From assembly GCF_009834535.1 (NCBI RefSeq), contig NC_045697.1:105216001-105280000 (forward strand): a DNA stretch of 64,000 nt, given 5' to 3'. The notes beneath the pieces are model-generated. The model did not search any database. It worked only from the letters and a program-made list of their open reading frames with translations, and was not told where the DNA came from. Positions 1 through 13,582 of this stretch are shown here, in pieces. This DNA comes from Camelus ferus. Lineage: Eukaryota. The first letter of the stretch is position 1; every line of letters begins with the position of its first letter. Both the position numbers and the translations under genes were made by a program.

Positions 1-2
1 AG

Positions 3-197
<195 letters not shown>

Positions 198-2063
198 TTA
201 AATAACTACACTGTAATGGCACATTTGACATGCTATACAGCTTAGCTCAAAGTCTGTCAGTAATCGTGGTTCTGTAAATGTACTCAGTAGGGTCACATAC
301 CACGTGACTTAGAAAATGAAGGCAGAGCCCTCTAAGGGGAGTGATGTATCAAGAATTCTGTAGAGCAAAGCCTCTCTTCTCTGTGTACTAAGAAATCATA
401 CACAATCGCATGCAAACCTTTTCCTATTTAACATTTACCGAAAAGCATTATTTGCATTCTAGGTGAGCAGGGAGGAGAGAAATCTTGAGCCAAGTCATCG
501 TGGAAGTATTTTAGGCATCAGAGGGTTGTTACAATACTTCTTGACTCTCTTCACCCAGACTCAGATTATATATCTCAATTATGTCAGATAAAAAAGTCTC
601 CTCTCTCCAAAACAACTAATTAAAATAAAAATAATTCTTACTTCTACTGCCAATAACTTCACCCCTCCCAGCTCCTGCATTTCTTCCACATTACCTTATA
701 TAGGTATGTTCAAATTACTTCATTTACTTACTTATTTACTTACAAATACTTACTAATTTGAAGAGACACAGTCAATACAAAGAACAAGCCATCTATGGTA
801 ACTATCTCAGGTATCTTTCATGGTAAGAAACTGAAGGGTTCAGTTTTTAGGGACAAAGTTAACCTTTTAAGCAACAATCTGTAGATGCACTTTTTAAGGA
901 GACTCTTCTCAATATATGCATTACTGGCACAATCTGAATAACACTGTTTAAAATTCTAATAAGGTCTCATAGCTCAGTGACAGGTGGGTACCAAGCAGGC
1001 AACAAATTTGATTTTTTTTTCATTCCTAATCCACATGCATTTATTGAATATCCACCCACCAGTCCTGTGCAAGGTACTGAGGAAATGAATATAAACAGCC
1101 CTGGCCCTGTCCTCCAAGTCGGTGGAGACACGGACTGTGGCCGTGTGTGCTTAGGTGTGGGGTAATATGGCGGCATGTTGTAGGCTCAGCCTTCCGTACT
1201 GGGGAGGGTGGGGGTACACAAGTCAGAGAGGTGACAGCTGAGCTGAGTTTTGCAGCACAACTAGATGGTAGCCAGACAAAGAAAGAGGGCAGAGGAAGCA
1301 GGATGTGCAATGGCTCAGAGAAATGTGAGCCGGATGTGTGCAGGGTGGATGGATTCGGGGTATGGCGCTGCCGTCACCTTGCTGTCCTGGCTTTTGTCTC
1401 CACGTGAAACAGCAGGAACATGGGAAACAGACTCAAAGAAAACACATAAAAGGCTGGAAGGGTTATGTCATGGTGATGATTTCTCTGTTTTTCAAATTAG
1501 CCAAAACGTGATAATACTTGCCTTGGTAATTTTTTTAAAAAACATGATTTGCTATGTTTTAACTACACTCTCACCAAAAAACAGATGACGGAACAAACTA
1601 TTCAGCTGCTCAGAGCTGCTGGAGCACGCCTGACTTTCTAGAAAATGAGTTCTTACATCAAGGACTGAAACAATGTTCTCCAAAGTTGTTTCTCCTTCTG
1701 AGAAAAGCACTCTTTATTATTTTTATTAGTGTCCTTTGACTTCTTTATGGCATTCAAAACATTCCATTTCAGCACCAGTAACTTCTCCGGCAGATCAGCC
1801 AGTAAAAACTCAATCCATACTCTGTCCGACTCTCCAATGCTTCACAGGGAAATACCATGACTTTGTAAACAATTAGAATGTAACTTAAAAATCATCATTA
1901 ACATGTAATTGCTTTTCCACAACCGCAAACATCTGAGGGATTTGTAGTTAACATTTTTGTGAACCTTGGTCATGGTCCCCAAACTTAGGAGTCTCTTAAC
2001 TTTAGTCTTTGGAACTCTCCCCTTCTTCTCCAAACTCACTTTCTGGGCTGAGTTAACGGCATC

Positions 2064-2515
2064 AGTTATGGGCTGAATTGTGCCCTCCTCCAATTCCTAT
2101 GCCGAAGTCCTAGCCCCGAGAACATCAGAGTGTGATCTTTTTTTGGGCACACAGTCAGAGCAGAGATGGTTTGTTAAGATGAGAGGTCATTCTGGAGAAG
2201 GTGGGCCCCTAATCCAATGTGACTGGTGTCCTTATTAAAATGAGGAAATGAGGACACAGACACACACAGGGGGAATGCCCTGTGAAGACGAAGGAAATGA
2301 TTCTTTCACAGGCCAAGGAATACCAAAGACGGCCAGCACGCTGCCAGAAGCTGGAAGAGGGATGCAGCAGACTGTCCCTCACAGCCATCAGCAGGAACTG
2401 ACGCAGCCAACATGTTCATCTTGGATGAGCCTACAGAACCAGGAAATAATCCACTCCTGTTGTGTAAGCCACCCATTTGTGGTACTTTGTTAGGGAGCCT
2501 GAGCCAACCAGTACA
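2064..2515 (+). mobile_element. MaLR solo LTR, MLT1C-like
   Basis: Starts gttatgggctgaattgtgccc, contains aatccaatgtgactggtgtccttat and gccaaggaataccaaag...ccagaagctgga, and ends aagccaccc..tttgtggtactttgtta..taca. Confidence 0.85.
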
Positions 2516-2529
2516 GAAACTTAGACTCA

Positions 2530-3325
2530 CCTCTGACTATTCTTTCTCTCTGTTTTCTTTCCCCATCTGTCAAATTCTAATTACTTCACCCTCAGAAGAC
2601 ATCCAACTCCAATCACTTCCCACACCTCCTCCGGTGCCACGCCAGTCCAAGCTATCAACGCCTCTTCCAGGGATGTGCAAAAGCCTGTTGGCTGGCCATC
2701 CTGTTTCTCCCTGCCCTCTTCCTTCCCTGGTAGCCAAAATGATCCTTATTCAGTCCTTTGCTCAAAACCATCCAAGGGATTTCCCTCACACTCAGAGGAA
2801 AAGTCAAAGTCAACCTCTGACCACAGAGCCCTCATTTGGCCCAAGACTTCACTAACCTCTTTCCCTTGCCTGAGTGCCTTCAGCAACACTGGCCTCCTTG
2901 CTAGACCTCAAACATCTGAGGTGTGCTCCCACCTCAGGGCCTTTGCACGTGCTGCCCCCAGTTCACCCTGATATCTCTGTAGCCCCCTCCCTCACCTCCC
3001 TTCAGGACTGTATCCAAATACCACTTCCTCAGTCAGGCCTTCCCTGACCATTCTACTGAAAACATCCATTCTTCCCAACCCCCTTCCCCTCCTGCTCTAT
3101 TTTTCTCCCTAGGGTATAACACTATCTCACATGTTGTCTGTTCTTTACGTCTTTGGTCTGTTTACTGTTTGCTCTGTTTATTGTTTCCTTCATCCACACA
3201 AGAAGGTAAACTCCACAGGGGCTGAGATTTTCTTTGGTGTTTGGTTTTCCACTATGTCCCCAGTGTATGGAATGGTACCCAGTACCTAGTAGGCACCCAG
3301 GTAACACCTGGCATAAATGAGTGAT
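2530..3325 (+). mobile_element. LINE-2 (L2a-like) 3' fragment
   Basis: Contains cctcagggcctttgcacgtgctg, aggccttccctgacca and aaactccacaggggc. Tail reads tacctagtaggcaccca...aaatgagtga. Confidence 0.8.
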
Positions 3326-3639
3326 CTCAGATAATCGGCATTTTCACAGTAGTCATCAATTCTGAGCTCTGACTTACAGAAAGGGACGTTCTTTGTTTTT
3401 AAATGTCCTGAGCATGAAAAGTATGGAGTGAAATCAAATGAGCAGTCAAAGAGAAAGTGTAGCATAAAAAAGGATGCATTGTGAAACTCAAATTAAAAGT
3501 CCTTTTGCTTAATGACAAGATTCAAGCAAACCCGAATTATGTTTCCTTGTTGATCACTAACATCTCTCAATGAGGAAGGCACACGCTTGCCTCTGCAGGC
3601 CTCTCGGCAGCCCTCTAACAGGGCTCCTTCTCATTTTCC

Positions 3640-4527
3640 TGGTCATCGATGTAGATCTCTGGCGTTCGACCTTCAGCCATCTTTCCTCTCACTTCTCCAC
3701 TCTACCCCTGAATGATCTCCGTCTTCCTGGCCCAAACAGCTCCTGTGGGGAATGGCTTCCAGAACCTGTACATCCAGCTCCAACCTCTCCCCACATTCCA
3801 ATTTCACATGTTCACCTCCTTCACATAACTTCCCTGCCTTTCTGTGCTACTGGCTTCTGGAAGGGTACTGCCACCCGCTAGGTGCCCAGGTTCAAACCTT
3901 AACGAATCCGTTTGCAAGTCCTGCTCGTTTAGCCTCGCACCCTCTCCCATTGCTTCTCTTCACTCCTCTGGTGGGAACACTGGTTCAAGCCCTTGTCACT
4001 TCCTCAGGGTTCCTCCCCAACCTCCCCCAACCCTGCCCTCTCAAATTCCTTCTACAGTGGCTGACAAATGAAGTTTCCTGTCACAGATTTCTGGTTCTAT
4101 GACTTTCCAGCTCAGAAACCTTCACCCCTACCCAGTACCTCCGTGAATGGTAACACTTCAGTCCCTCTTCCTCCTCTGCCTTCCCCCGCTGGTCTTCTCA
4201 AGCTTGTGCTCACCAGGCTCCTACATCCCCATCGGGATGCTGTGGGTACCGCCATCTGTACACCGACTCCCACTCCAACTCCTGCAAAACCCGTCCCTCC
4301 TCCAAGGGCCCCTGATGTTCTCCCAGCAGGATGCCCCATTGTCCCGTTGTCCTGATTCACTGTCCCATTTCCCGAACCCCCCTCCCTCAGCAGTCACCAC
4401 TGTGGCCCTGACATTCGTGACTTGTGCACTTATCCTAATCCCCTGAGGGCAAGGACCTTGTCCTCTGCCTCTCTGTGCTCTCTGCTGCCATTAGTGCAGC
4501 ATTGGTACTATTTATTGAGTAAATGAA
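3640..4527 (+). mobile_element. LINE-2 fragment, older and degenerate
   Basis: Pyrimidine-rich L2 body ending ccctgagggcaaggaccttgtc...tatttattgagtaaatgaa. Confidence 0.65.
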
Positions 4528-4594
4528 ATCACACTCTTAATCTCATGACAGTAGAATGTAAATTTCCAAAAGGCGATTTTACAGGAGGTAAATG

Positions 4595-4795
4595 AAGGAG
4601 GCCAAGGTTATAGATTCAATTCCTATACGGTTCATTTAGCTTTGCACAGAGGGAAAAGAAAAAAACAAAACACATCCAAGGAGACAAACTATCCTCAAAA
4701 GCTCAGCAAGCTATTCCACAAGCATATGCACTACTGACACAGAAGACAGGCCACAAAGTGTGGGTGGGTCAGGAAAACTCCAGTCTCCATTGAGA
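4595..4795 (+). mobile_element. Ancient tRNA-derived SINE, MamSINE1-like
   Basis: gaggccaaggttatagattcaattcctatacggttcatttagctttgc (degenerate B-box region) and aagtgtgggtgggtcaggaaaactcca resemble the MamSINE1 consensus as recalled. Confidence 0.6.
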
Positions 4796-5901
4796 CCCTA
4801 TCTTGTGGTTATCTCTGAAACTGAAAGTTTCAGTCAAATTGGATTTCAAGCTCAAATTAAAGTCAATGTATTACACACAGTAAATAGCCATTATTTGATC
4901 TGATCAAGCATAAAAACATCTACATGTAAAAACTTACTTTTCCTAGAATAGCTAATCATATGGCACTTAAAATCTTTCCCGCATCTATGATTATCTCTAT
5001 GCTGATTTTGCTTAAAATTTCTGCATAAATGTACGCATTATAATGGTATTCTACCTCTTAAAAAACATTTTAATATTGACGAGTTGGGAAAAACGACCCA
5101 AATTGGTCATTTTTGGTCTTGGTAATCAAAGACACATTGTTCACAGAAAGAAGTTGATAATCAACAGATAAAGGTAGTTCATAGGATTTTCTACAAATGG
5201 TAAAATACTATAAAGCAGAAATGAGTGAACACTGTATTTCCACTTGCAAACCCAGTGTCTCTCTCAGGGAAACACAAGTAAGATGTAACTATTTTCAGCA
5301 CCAAATATAATAGTTCTAGCGATTCATTGAAGAGATTGAGGAAATTAATCAAAGGTTCATGCTGATTTTGGTGACAACTGGGAGGCAGATATACTAACCA
5401 ATCATCAAAAACACATACTGGGCTATCTTTTCCCCCAAAACAGCTGGATGCTTAGGGAGAAGCAGTAAGAAGCTGTGTGAGAAAACATGATTTTTACCAA
5501 CCAAAAAATAACTGGAGAAATTGGCTGAGAATCTATAAGGCGCCATGCTGTTCCAGGAATTACCATATGGAAAACTGTCTTTCCCCACCTTCCTAACAGT
5601 TATATAACAATACAGTAGTGATTGATCCACTATTCAGTGGCCAGAAATTCTTCAGATGAAAAGAACACTTTGTCTTATTTCTTAAACTCAATTCAATGTG
5701 AAGGAAACAAACCTCCCTTCTGCACTATCACTTCATCAGATACACACTTCTACCATCACCACCAGCTACTGAAAAGGTTTTTTCCCCACATGCAGTCAAT
5801 TCAAGCATTCATTCAGTTACCCAGCACATAGAGAATTTGGAGGAATATATAAACACCACCTCAGGAAACAGCCTTATAGCCGAACATGCTGGTGTGTCAC
5901 A

Positions 5902-6690
5902 ATCATTCATTAAACTGTTCATTGGAAGCCTGCCATGGGCCCCACTGTTCTAGGCACTCAGCTGAATAAGAAAGAGAAAGTTCCTATTCTCTGGGAGTTT
6001 CTGCCATATTAGGAGAGAAAGACAATACAGAAGGAAGGAAATAAATTCAGATAGTGATGAATGCTATGAAGAAAATGACAGAGACTGAGATTGAATGGAA
6101 TGGTGGAGGGTTCGGATTCTTTAGAAAGGTGGCCTGAGAAGTCGGCTCGGGGGAGACAGCCAGGCGTGGGAGGATGCCGAGCAGAGGGAAGAGCAAGTGC
6201 AAAGTCCCTGAGACAAGAATGAACGTGACACGTTCCAGGGACGGAGACAAGGGCGACGTGGCTGAGAGGAGGAAGGGGCTAGGGGTGGTGGGCTGTGAGG
6301 GCCATGAAGAAGACAGAGAGGGACCACGTGGGTCTCCAGGGCTATGGTAACGACGAAGGATGCTATTTTAAGTGCCGTCACGAGTGATGTGAATATTGAG
6401 ATGATTTAAGCAGAAGGGTAACATGATCTGAGTGACATTTAAAAATCTTACTTTGGCTGCTGTCTGGAGAATGGACTACAGGAGTGGGTGATGTTGGAAC
6501 TGGGGAGACCAGCCAAGTTGGCTCCTGCAATTATCCGGGCAGGAGATGATAATAGCTTGGATTAAGCTTAAAGTTGTAAAGACAGTGAGAGAAATGGCCT
6601 TTTTAAAAAAGTAGACAGTACCAACAGGACCCACAGAGAAACTGGATGGCGGTGCTATCTGTATTTACAGATTGGAGGGAAGAGCAGTCT
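5902..6690 (-). mobile_element. LINE-2 (L2a-like) fragment
   Basis: tcattcatt...gcctgccatgggccccactgttctaggcact tail, plus gagcaagtgcaaagtccctgag and tttaagcagaagggtaacatgatctga. Confidence 0.8.
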
Positions 6691-6864
6691 GGGGGGGTCT
6701 GTTGTGGACCCAACAGTGGTACAACAGTATTGGTATGCTATGTTCCTATTTTTTGTAAATAGTAGAATAGCAATAATATTAAATCACAATCTACCCATAG
6801 GAAAAACTGGGAACAATATTTATCAGGAGTATGTAACCTTTCTGGGCCAGTTTTGTCACTTGTT

Positions 6865-6995
6865 AAGTAGTGATTACAGTAGTGCTATCTTATTGGGTTC
6901 TTACAGGTTAAATTACTTGGTATATTTAAGAGCATTTACCACAGGGTCTGACACACAGTCAGTGCTATTTAAATCCTGGCTATTAATAATCAGTA
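6865..6995 (+). mobile_element. MIR 3' fragment
   Basis: gtagtgctatcttattgggtt...gagcatttaccacagggtctgacacacagtcagtgct...ggctattaataat. Confidence 0.6.
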
Positions 6996-7018
6996 TTACT
7001 ACTGGATCTACAATTCTT

Positions 7019-7299
7019 TTTTTTAACTGAAGTACAGTCAGTTACAATTGTACAGCACAATGTCCCAGTCATGCATATACATGCATATATTCATTTTCAT
7101 ATTCTTCTTCATTCAAGGTTATTACAAGACATTGAATCTAGTTCCCTGTGCTCTACAGAAGAAACTTGTTTTTTAAATCCATTTTTATGTATAGTGGCTA
7201 ACATGTGCAAATCTCAAACTCCCAAATTTATCCCTTCCCACCTCCTTTCCCCCGGTAACCATAAGATTGTTTACTATGTCTGAGTCTGTTTCTGTTTTG
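7019..7299 (-). mobile_element. 5'-truncated L1 3' end with target-site duplication
   Basis: Poly-T then aactgaagtacagtcagttacaa..., flanked by ggatctacaattctt (7004-7018) and ggatctacagttctt (7300-7314). The site is TT/AAGAA, the L1 endonuclease type. Confidence 0.92.
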
Positions 7300-8639
7300 G
7301 GATCTACAGTTCTTAACAGTGACTGCCATAGGAATGGAACTATAGATAATTCTACTTTTCTATATTACATTTTTCTGTACTGCTTTAAATTTATATAAGC
7401 ATGTATAAACATAGGTTAGCAGCAGAAAAAAAGGTTTTTAACAATATAGTATAAGAGAGTGGTACACCAGCAGCCGTGGTGTTTGCTTACTGCACAGGCA
7501 GTGTTCCTTGTACAAATGGGTTTGGGTGTCTCTTGTAAGAACTCTGGTTCCCCTGATGTCTGTAGCGTGCAGGTTGGGAACAGCCACATTAGATCATTAA
7601 GATAAATCATTGTTTATCAAATATATACTCTTTCATATAAAGAACACTGAGAAACGGAAGAATTTGGAGAGCACTTGACATACAAAAGATATGTTTCAAA
7701 AACAAATCAATGACTTTAAGGACTAGTTTACTAAAATCCTTGTTTTCATCCACATACAAAATATGCAAAATAAAAAAAACCAAAAACCTTTTTGCTATTT
7801 CCTTTTGTTTTGATAAGCATCCATCCTGAGTCACAATATTTAACCTGAGGGATCTCATGTTAGTTTTCCCATTATTTAGGGGGACTATTTGGGAGTAATT
7901 CTTGTGGAACATTTTCTTTTATGGGATTATCTTTGATGATAAGTGAATCATTAATGTTTTGGAGGATAATTCACCACTAAATAAGATTCATCCTCTTAAA
8001 TCACGGTTCATAATGCACCACAGACAGGAATTAAATAATTGGTACACAGCTTACAATCTCAGATGTATGAATAAAGTTACAGACAAAGTTACCCGACACA
8101 GAAAATTCAGGGACATAACTACCTTGGAAGATAAAATTTAAAGCACAATGATGGCTGGTTAGTCTTTTCCAATTTACTTTTTTGTTTGTTTTCACAAGTT
8201 TATACGATTAGTAATATTTCTTAGAGTGGCTCTGTTTAATGAGATGTATTTTCTCTACTCTGAATTTCATTTAAGTGAATGCAATTTTCCCATAAAGGAA
8301 TTAAAATTATAATCTAGAGAGCACAGCTTCAGCACAGCAGGAAAGTATCCTGACAGATATTAAAGGAAAAAAAAAAGGTAGGAATATTTTGGATCATAAG
8401 AAACTGACGCCCACCCTAGTGTGTATAAAATTTCATTTTAAAAATAAGGATATATTCTAGAAGGGCATTCAAGTAACTTTTTCTCCTTAAACTATGGTTA
8501 GGCAAATACATATTTGATCAAAATATGCAAAATCTATTTTTTTGGAAAATAGGCAAAAATACTTAAATCTAGATTAAAATGTATTTTCTAGAAAAACAAA
8601 GAAAACTGTCAGATGTAATTATTGGCCGCTGTACTGCTA

Positions 8640-9600
8640 ATGAATCATTTTAATCAAATGATTTTTACTAAACACGGGTTATGTGGAAGTCCTTCTGAGG
8701 ACACAAAGATGGCAAATCACTTGTACTTTCACTGAGTTTAGCTGAGTAGGGGAGGTAAGACCTGGAGACCGATAAATATTCAAGTCACTGTGTGGTAGGA
8801 GTCATCCATGGCTTAAAAATGAGTCAGAATTCAGAAAGAGCCCAATAACTTGCTGCCGGGATGACGGACAGCTTCAGGGAGGAATGGGGCAGTGTGAAAA
8901 TGAGCTGGGAAAGAAAGCAGTCCAGACCAGGACAAACACACTGGGGTCCAGAACTTGACAAGCTGCATCCTAAAAGTGCAGAAAAGGGCAAAATTAAGTG
9001 GTTAGAGATGATCCTCAGACAATGAATTGAAACATCTGGTTGACAACTGAAAACATGACACGGAAAATGAAGAGAGATGGGTACACAGATCTACCACGTT
9101 AGAGGACACAAAGTGATCGGTTATAGTTTTTAACACGTACAGTGTAGACAATGACCACAGAAAGGTCTGATGACCTGGGAGGAAACTAAGGACCACTGAG
9201 AAGGGCAAGCAGGGAAAACATGCTCAACAAGAGAAAGGCTGAAACCTACTTAAAAGGCAGGTTGCTCTCAGGGAGCAAGGTTTCTAGATTTTATTCATGG
9301 AACCATGGATGAGCTCACCTGAGCGAAAGGTAAAATGAAGAGAAAAGAAAGTCATAGGTGGCAATCTACAGAAAACTAGCATTTCTGGTCAGGCAGGGAA
9401 AGAACTAGCTAGCAAACCAAAGAGGAAGAAAAATCAAAGAAGAAGAAAGACCAAAGAGGCAGGAAGGCAAGACAACACAGTCTTGTAATCAAAGAGAGGA
9501 GATCAGGAATGGGAGACCAGCAGGGTCAAATGCCACCAAGAGGCCGAGACTTAAGGTTGACCACTGGGACATGGTCATCGTTGACACCGCTGACCTGAGT
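8640..9600 (-). mobile_element. Degenerate LINE-2 fragment
   Basis: tttactaaacac...gaggacacaaagatg tail region, purine-rich body, and cagcagggtcaaatgccaccaagagg. Confidence 0.55.
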
Positions 9601-10001
9601 GATGGCTGTCTTTCCTGCATATGTAAGATGGCATATATAAGCCACATTAAAGTGAAAGGCACTCCTCATCTTCTCTATTAAGAAATTTCCATATTCATGC
9701 AAGTTGTCTTTGTCATAAAACAATACCTGGTAATTTGAGCCTATGCAGCCTCTAAACAGATCTAACATCAAATCATCTTCAGAAACATGCACTGAGCACA
9801 CACATGCCGGTCAGTGGTTGCTAATACAATGACCAAATGTATGTGCTAAAAAAAAAAAAAGCCTCCACATTTTATTTTGCCCCTGCGATCACTGGCATGT
9901 GTGAGTCTATTTATACACATTGTAAGTTAGTTACTTAGCATCCCCTGGGATGGAATCGTGGACTTATCACATCATCTGCGGGTCAGTACTTTATAAAGTA
10001 T

Positions 10002-10094
10002 GTTTTAAGGAGATTACGTCTAAATACCTGCTTGAGTTGTATTAAAGGAGGTTTTAAGGAGATTACCACAAAATGCTTGCTTGAGTGTTTTTAA
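10002..10094. repeat. Degenerate ~49-bp tandem duplication
   Basis: gttttaaggagattac...tgcttgagt occurs at 10002 and 10051. Confidence 0.8.
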
Positions 10095-12062
10095 TTACAG
10101 TGACTTTGCTTTTGACACATACTATAAATATTAAACATGATTTTACATTCTGCCTGAACATTAACTATCCTTGTGTTAAGATGCAGACTTTGATGCTGAG
10201 ACCAATGGCATGAGACACCGAGCACTCGTGGGTGCTGGACCAAGCTGTGGATCTTGAACCTGAGTTATTTAGAAATTACTGATTTCAGTGTGTTTTTAGC
10301 TTATCACATTTTCAAGAAGCTGATGTAACACATGCTTCATCGTGGCCTTTCTGAGCAACAGAATATAGCTTCTCTCTATACATTTAATTAATGAGTCAAA
10401 ACTCCAAACAGCTTTTTCCCTGAGTTGTTTCTTGTGCAGTCTAGAAATAATAATTTTTCAGTGCCGCTGTTACTGCCCTCTGGTTTGCCAGCTCAATTCA
10501 GCTACTACTGCTGCTCATATGTAAGATCACAGAGGCTTTTCAACTGCCACTTTCTACCTGCCTCATTCTAAGTTTTTCCACATGGGGTAAAGGGACAGCC
10601 TTCGTTATTTCAAGAATTTACAGGTGATAGGTTTAGAGATGCTCACTCCAAAATCTATAAATCAATGACATTAATGACAATGTCCTAGCACTCTTGGGGA
10701 CAGTAAACATGACACCACGCCCTGTTTACTTCAACCTACTCAGTGTTTGATTCTGAGCAGTTACCACTCCTCCAAATATTAAAATCAGCAACATAACAAG
10801 GCATCAAAAGTTGCAAGGAATGCTCAGATTAATTGGATCAAATGAATTCCCTTTCTAACATCTCAGTTTCTGAATAATCAATGAGGTATCACTTGAGAGT
10901 TAGGGGAAAAAAAACTGAAAAAAAATCCCAAATAATAAACATATTTTCTTAGGGTTAATTCTATAATTGTGAAGCATCACTATTTTCCGGTCAGCTTAAT
11001 ACTCTGTTTTTCAGTAAAGTTATAAGGCATCTATCAAAATAAATCTTTCCCATTCACACATTAGCTTATCACAGGTGGAAAAAAAATAATGGCCCTTTTC
11101 AAAACACTAAGAAATTTTTCTAGTTATGAGGGTTTTCTCCACAGAAGCCTACAGTATAACCACACACAGGAAGAGTAACCCTGACCTTACTCTGCTTAAA
11201 GGCGGTGTGACTTGCATCTGGGTCCTGTTGGAAGGCGTCCCCACAAAGAACAGTTTTGTCAGTGTGGCAAAATGCTACTCAGGCTAATGACCGGCCCCAC
11301 TGGTAAGCTCTGAAAAGAAGGTGTGTGTGTGCCCATATACCTAAAGAGAATCACACACGGACACTCGAACATGCCAGAATCTTCTGCAGTGTTCTTCTGC
11401 CCTGCAGGTAATTTTCATTAAGAATTTCCTCGGGAGAAAAAAAAAAGGCAGAGGCTTCACGTAGGAGCAACCCTAGGCCACTAGGTAGTGGGTTTGGATA
11501 ACTGAGTCTGCAAAGTAGTTCAGAGGCACCTTTCCAACCCCTCCTCCGTCCTCTCAGGATGGAGGAATCAATGCCGCACTGTTCCATCAGGAGCTGTCAA
11601 TGCTCACCTTGAAGTTCCCTACAGAGCTGCCTTGTACACCTCTCCCACTTAAGCACACTTTGCAGGATTAGGCCATATGAAGACGATGCTTTCCGACTGT
11701 TTTTGACCTGCAGAATCAGGAATTTCTTATGGTTCCATCTGACACACGTCTGGCCACTGGCTTCACCTGTCTACCACAGCACAGCACTTCTAAGTCAGTA
11801 AGACGATCATCTACTGTGACGTGCACAACAGCACCTGCTAAGGATGACGGTCTCAGGCCTCCAAGGTGACACAAGGAAGGACGGGGTGAAGTTCAACACT
11901 GCTTATCCCACCCCCAACACTGCCCCGGTCCCTTCCACTACCACATTCTCTGGTGATTTTGGCTATTATTTTAAAAACTGTTGTTCTATACTTTGTTTAT
12001 TTTTTCTGATCAATTTCAGTACTTCTGTTTTTACCTGAAATGCTAGTTAAAAAAATTCTTTT

Positions 12063-12480
12063 GTGTATATATATATATATATATTTTTTTTTTTACTTGA
12101 AGTATAGTCAGTTTACAATGTGGTGTCAATTTCTGGTGTGCATGAACACACATATATTCGTTTCCATATTCTTTTTCACCGTAACTTACTACAAGATATC
12201 GAATATAGTTTCCTGTGCTATACAGTATAAACTTGTTTATCTATTCTATATATTATCAGTTAGTATCTGCAAATCTCTGACTCTTAATTTATCCCCTCCC
12301 ACCACTCTTCCCCCAGCTAACCATAAATTTGTTCTCTGTCTGAGAGTCTGTTTCTGTTTTGCAAATAAGTTCGTTTGTCTTTTTTTTTTTTTAGGTTCCA
12401 CATATAAGTGATATCATATAATATTTTTCTTTCTCTTTCTGGTTTATTTCACTTAGAATGAAAATCTCCAGGTCCATCCA
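12063..12480 (-). mobile_element. L1 3' end with (TA)n/poly-T tail
   Basis: ttgaagtatagtcagtttacaatg...ttccacatataagtgatatcata...ccaggtccatcca. Confidence 0.9.
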
Positions 12481-13033
12481 TCTTTTATTCTATATTTATA
12501 AAATACATAAAAATAAAAATTTAATAAACAGAACTATCTGCTCATTTCCTGACTCAGCATGAACAGAACAATGACAGAATCCTGTGTACTTTCTATGGGT
12601 CTTTATCTTTCTTAGAGCTCAAAGTCTGGGGCTGTTTCTTTGATTTCCTTCCTCTGAAAAGACTGGAAGCCCAAGGCTGCAGAAAGACTGGTCTTTGGCT
12701 AGCTAAGAGTGCATGCACGCACGTGCTGACTCAGTGCAGCTCCGTGCGGCCAACACAAAGGTACATAAAAATGTAGAATTTATTTATTTAATTAGCTATC
12801 ATCTTTTCTAAGTATCTTGCACCCCACTTTACTCTTAAGGAAAAAAATCAAGAAAAAAAATCTACCAAATACTCTGCTTCTTCATACCTCTCTTCCCATC
12901 TCTGTCCCACTTCCTTCTGCGCCAACCCTGCTTTCATACATATTTCTGCTTCGAGAGAAAAGCTACCACTAGTATCAGAGGTGTGGGCCTATCTGGTCCT
13001 TGCAGAGCAGACATTGGAAGTGTTTCAGTATTT

Positions 13034-13582
13034 CTGCAAATGGCATTATTTTATTCTTTTTTATGGGTGAGTAGTATTCCACTGAGTATATATAACACAA
13101 TAAAGCCATTTGCAGCAACATGGTTGGACCTAGAGATCATCATTCGAAGTGAAGTAAGCCAGAAAGAGGAAGAAGAATACCATATGATAGCACTTATATG
13201 TGAAATATGGGGGGGAAAAAAAGAGGACATTAATGAACTCATCTACAAAACAGAAACAGACTTGCAGACATAGTAAACAATCTTATGGTTACCAGGGGAA
13301 CAGGGGGTGGGAAGGGATAAATTTGGGAGTTTGAGATTTGCAAATGTTAACCACTATATATAAAAATAGATAAAAACAAGTTTCATCCCTATAGCACAGG
13401 GAACTATATTCAATATCTTATAATAACCTTTAATGAAAAAGAATATGAAAACAAATACATGCATGTGTATGTATGATTGGGACATGGTGCTGTGCACCAG
13501 AAATTGACACATTGTACTGACTGTAATCCCATTTTAAAAAATTTGGAATGAAAAAAAAAAAAGAATATAATGCCCCTTAAAA
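13034..13582 (+). mobile_element. L1 3' end with short 5' inversion
   Basis: 13034-13093 is inverted and 13099 onward is forward (gccatttgcagcaacatggttggacctagag). Probable TSD aagtgtttcagtattt (13018-13033) / aagtgttctaatattt (13583-13598). Confidence 0.88.
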
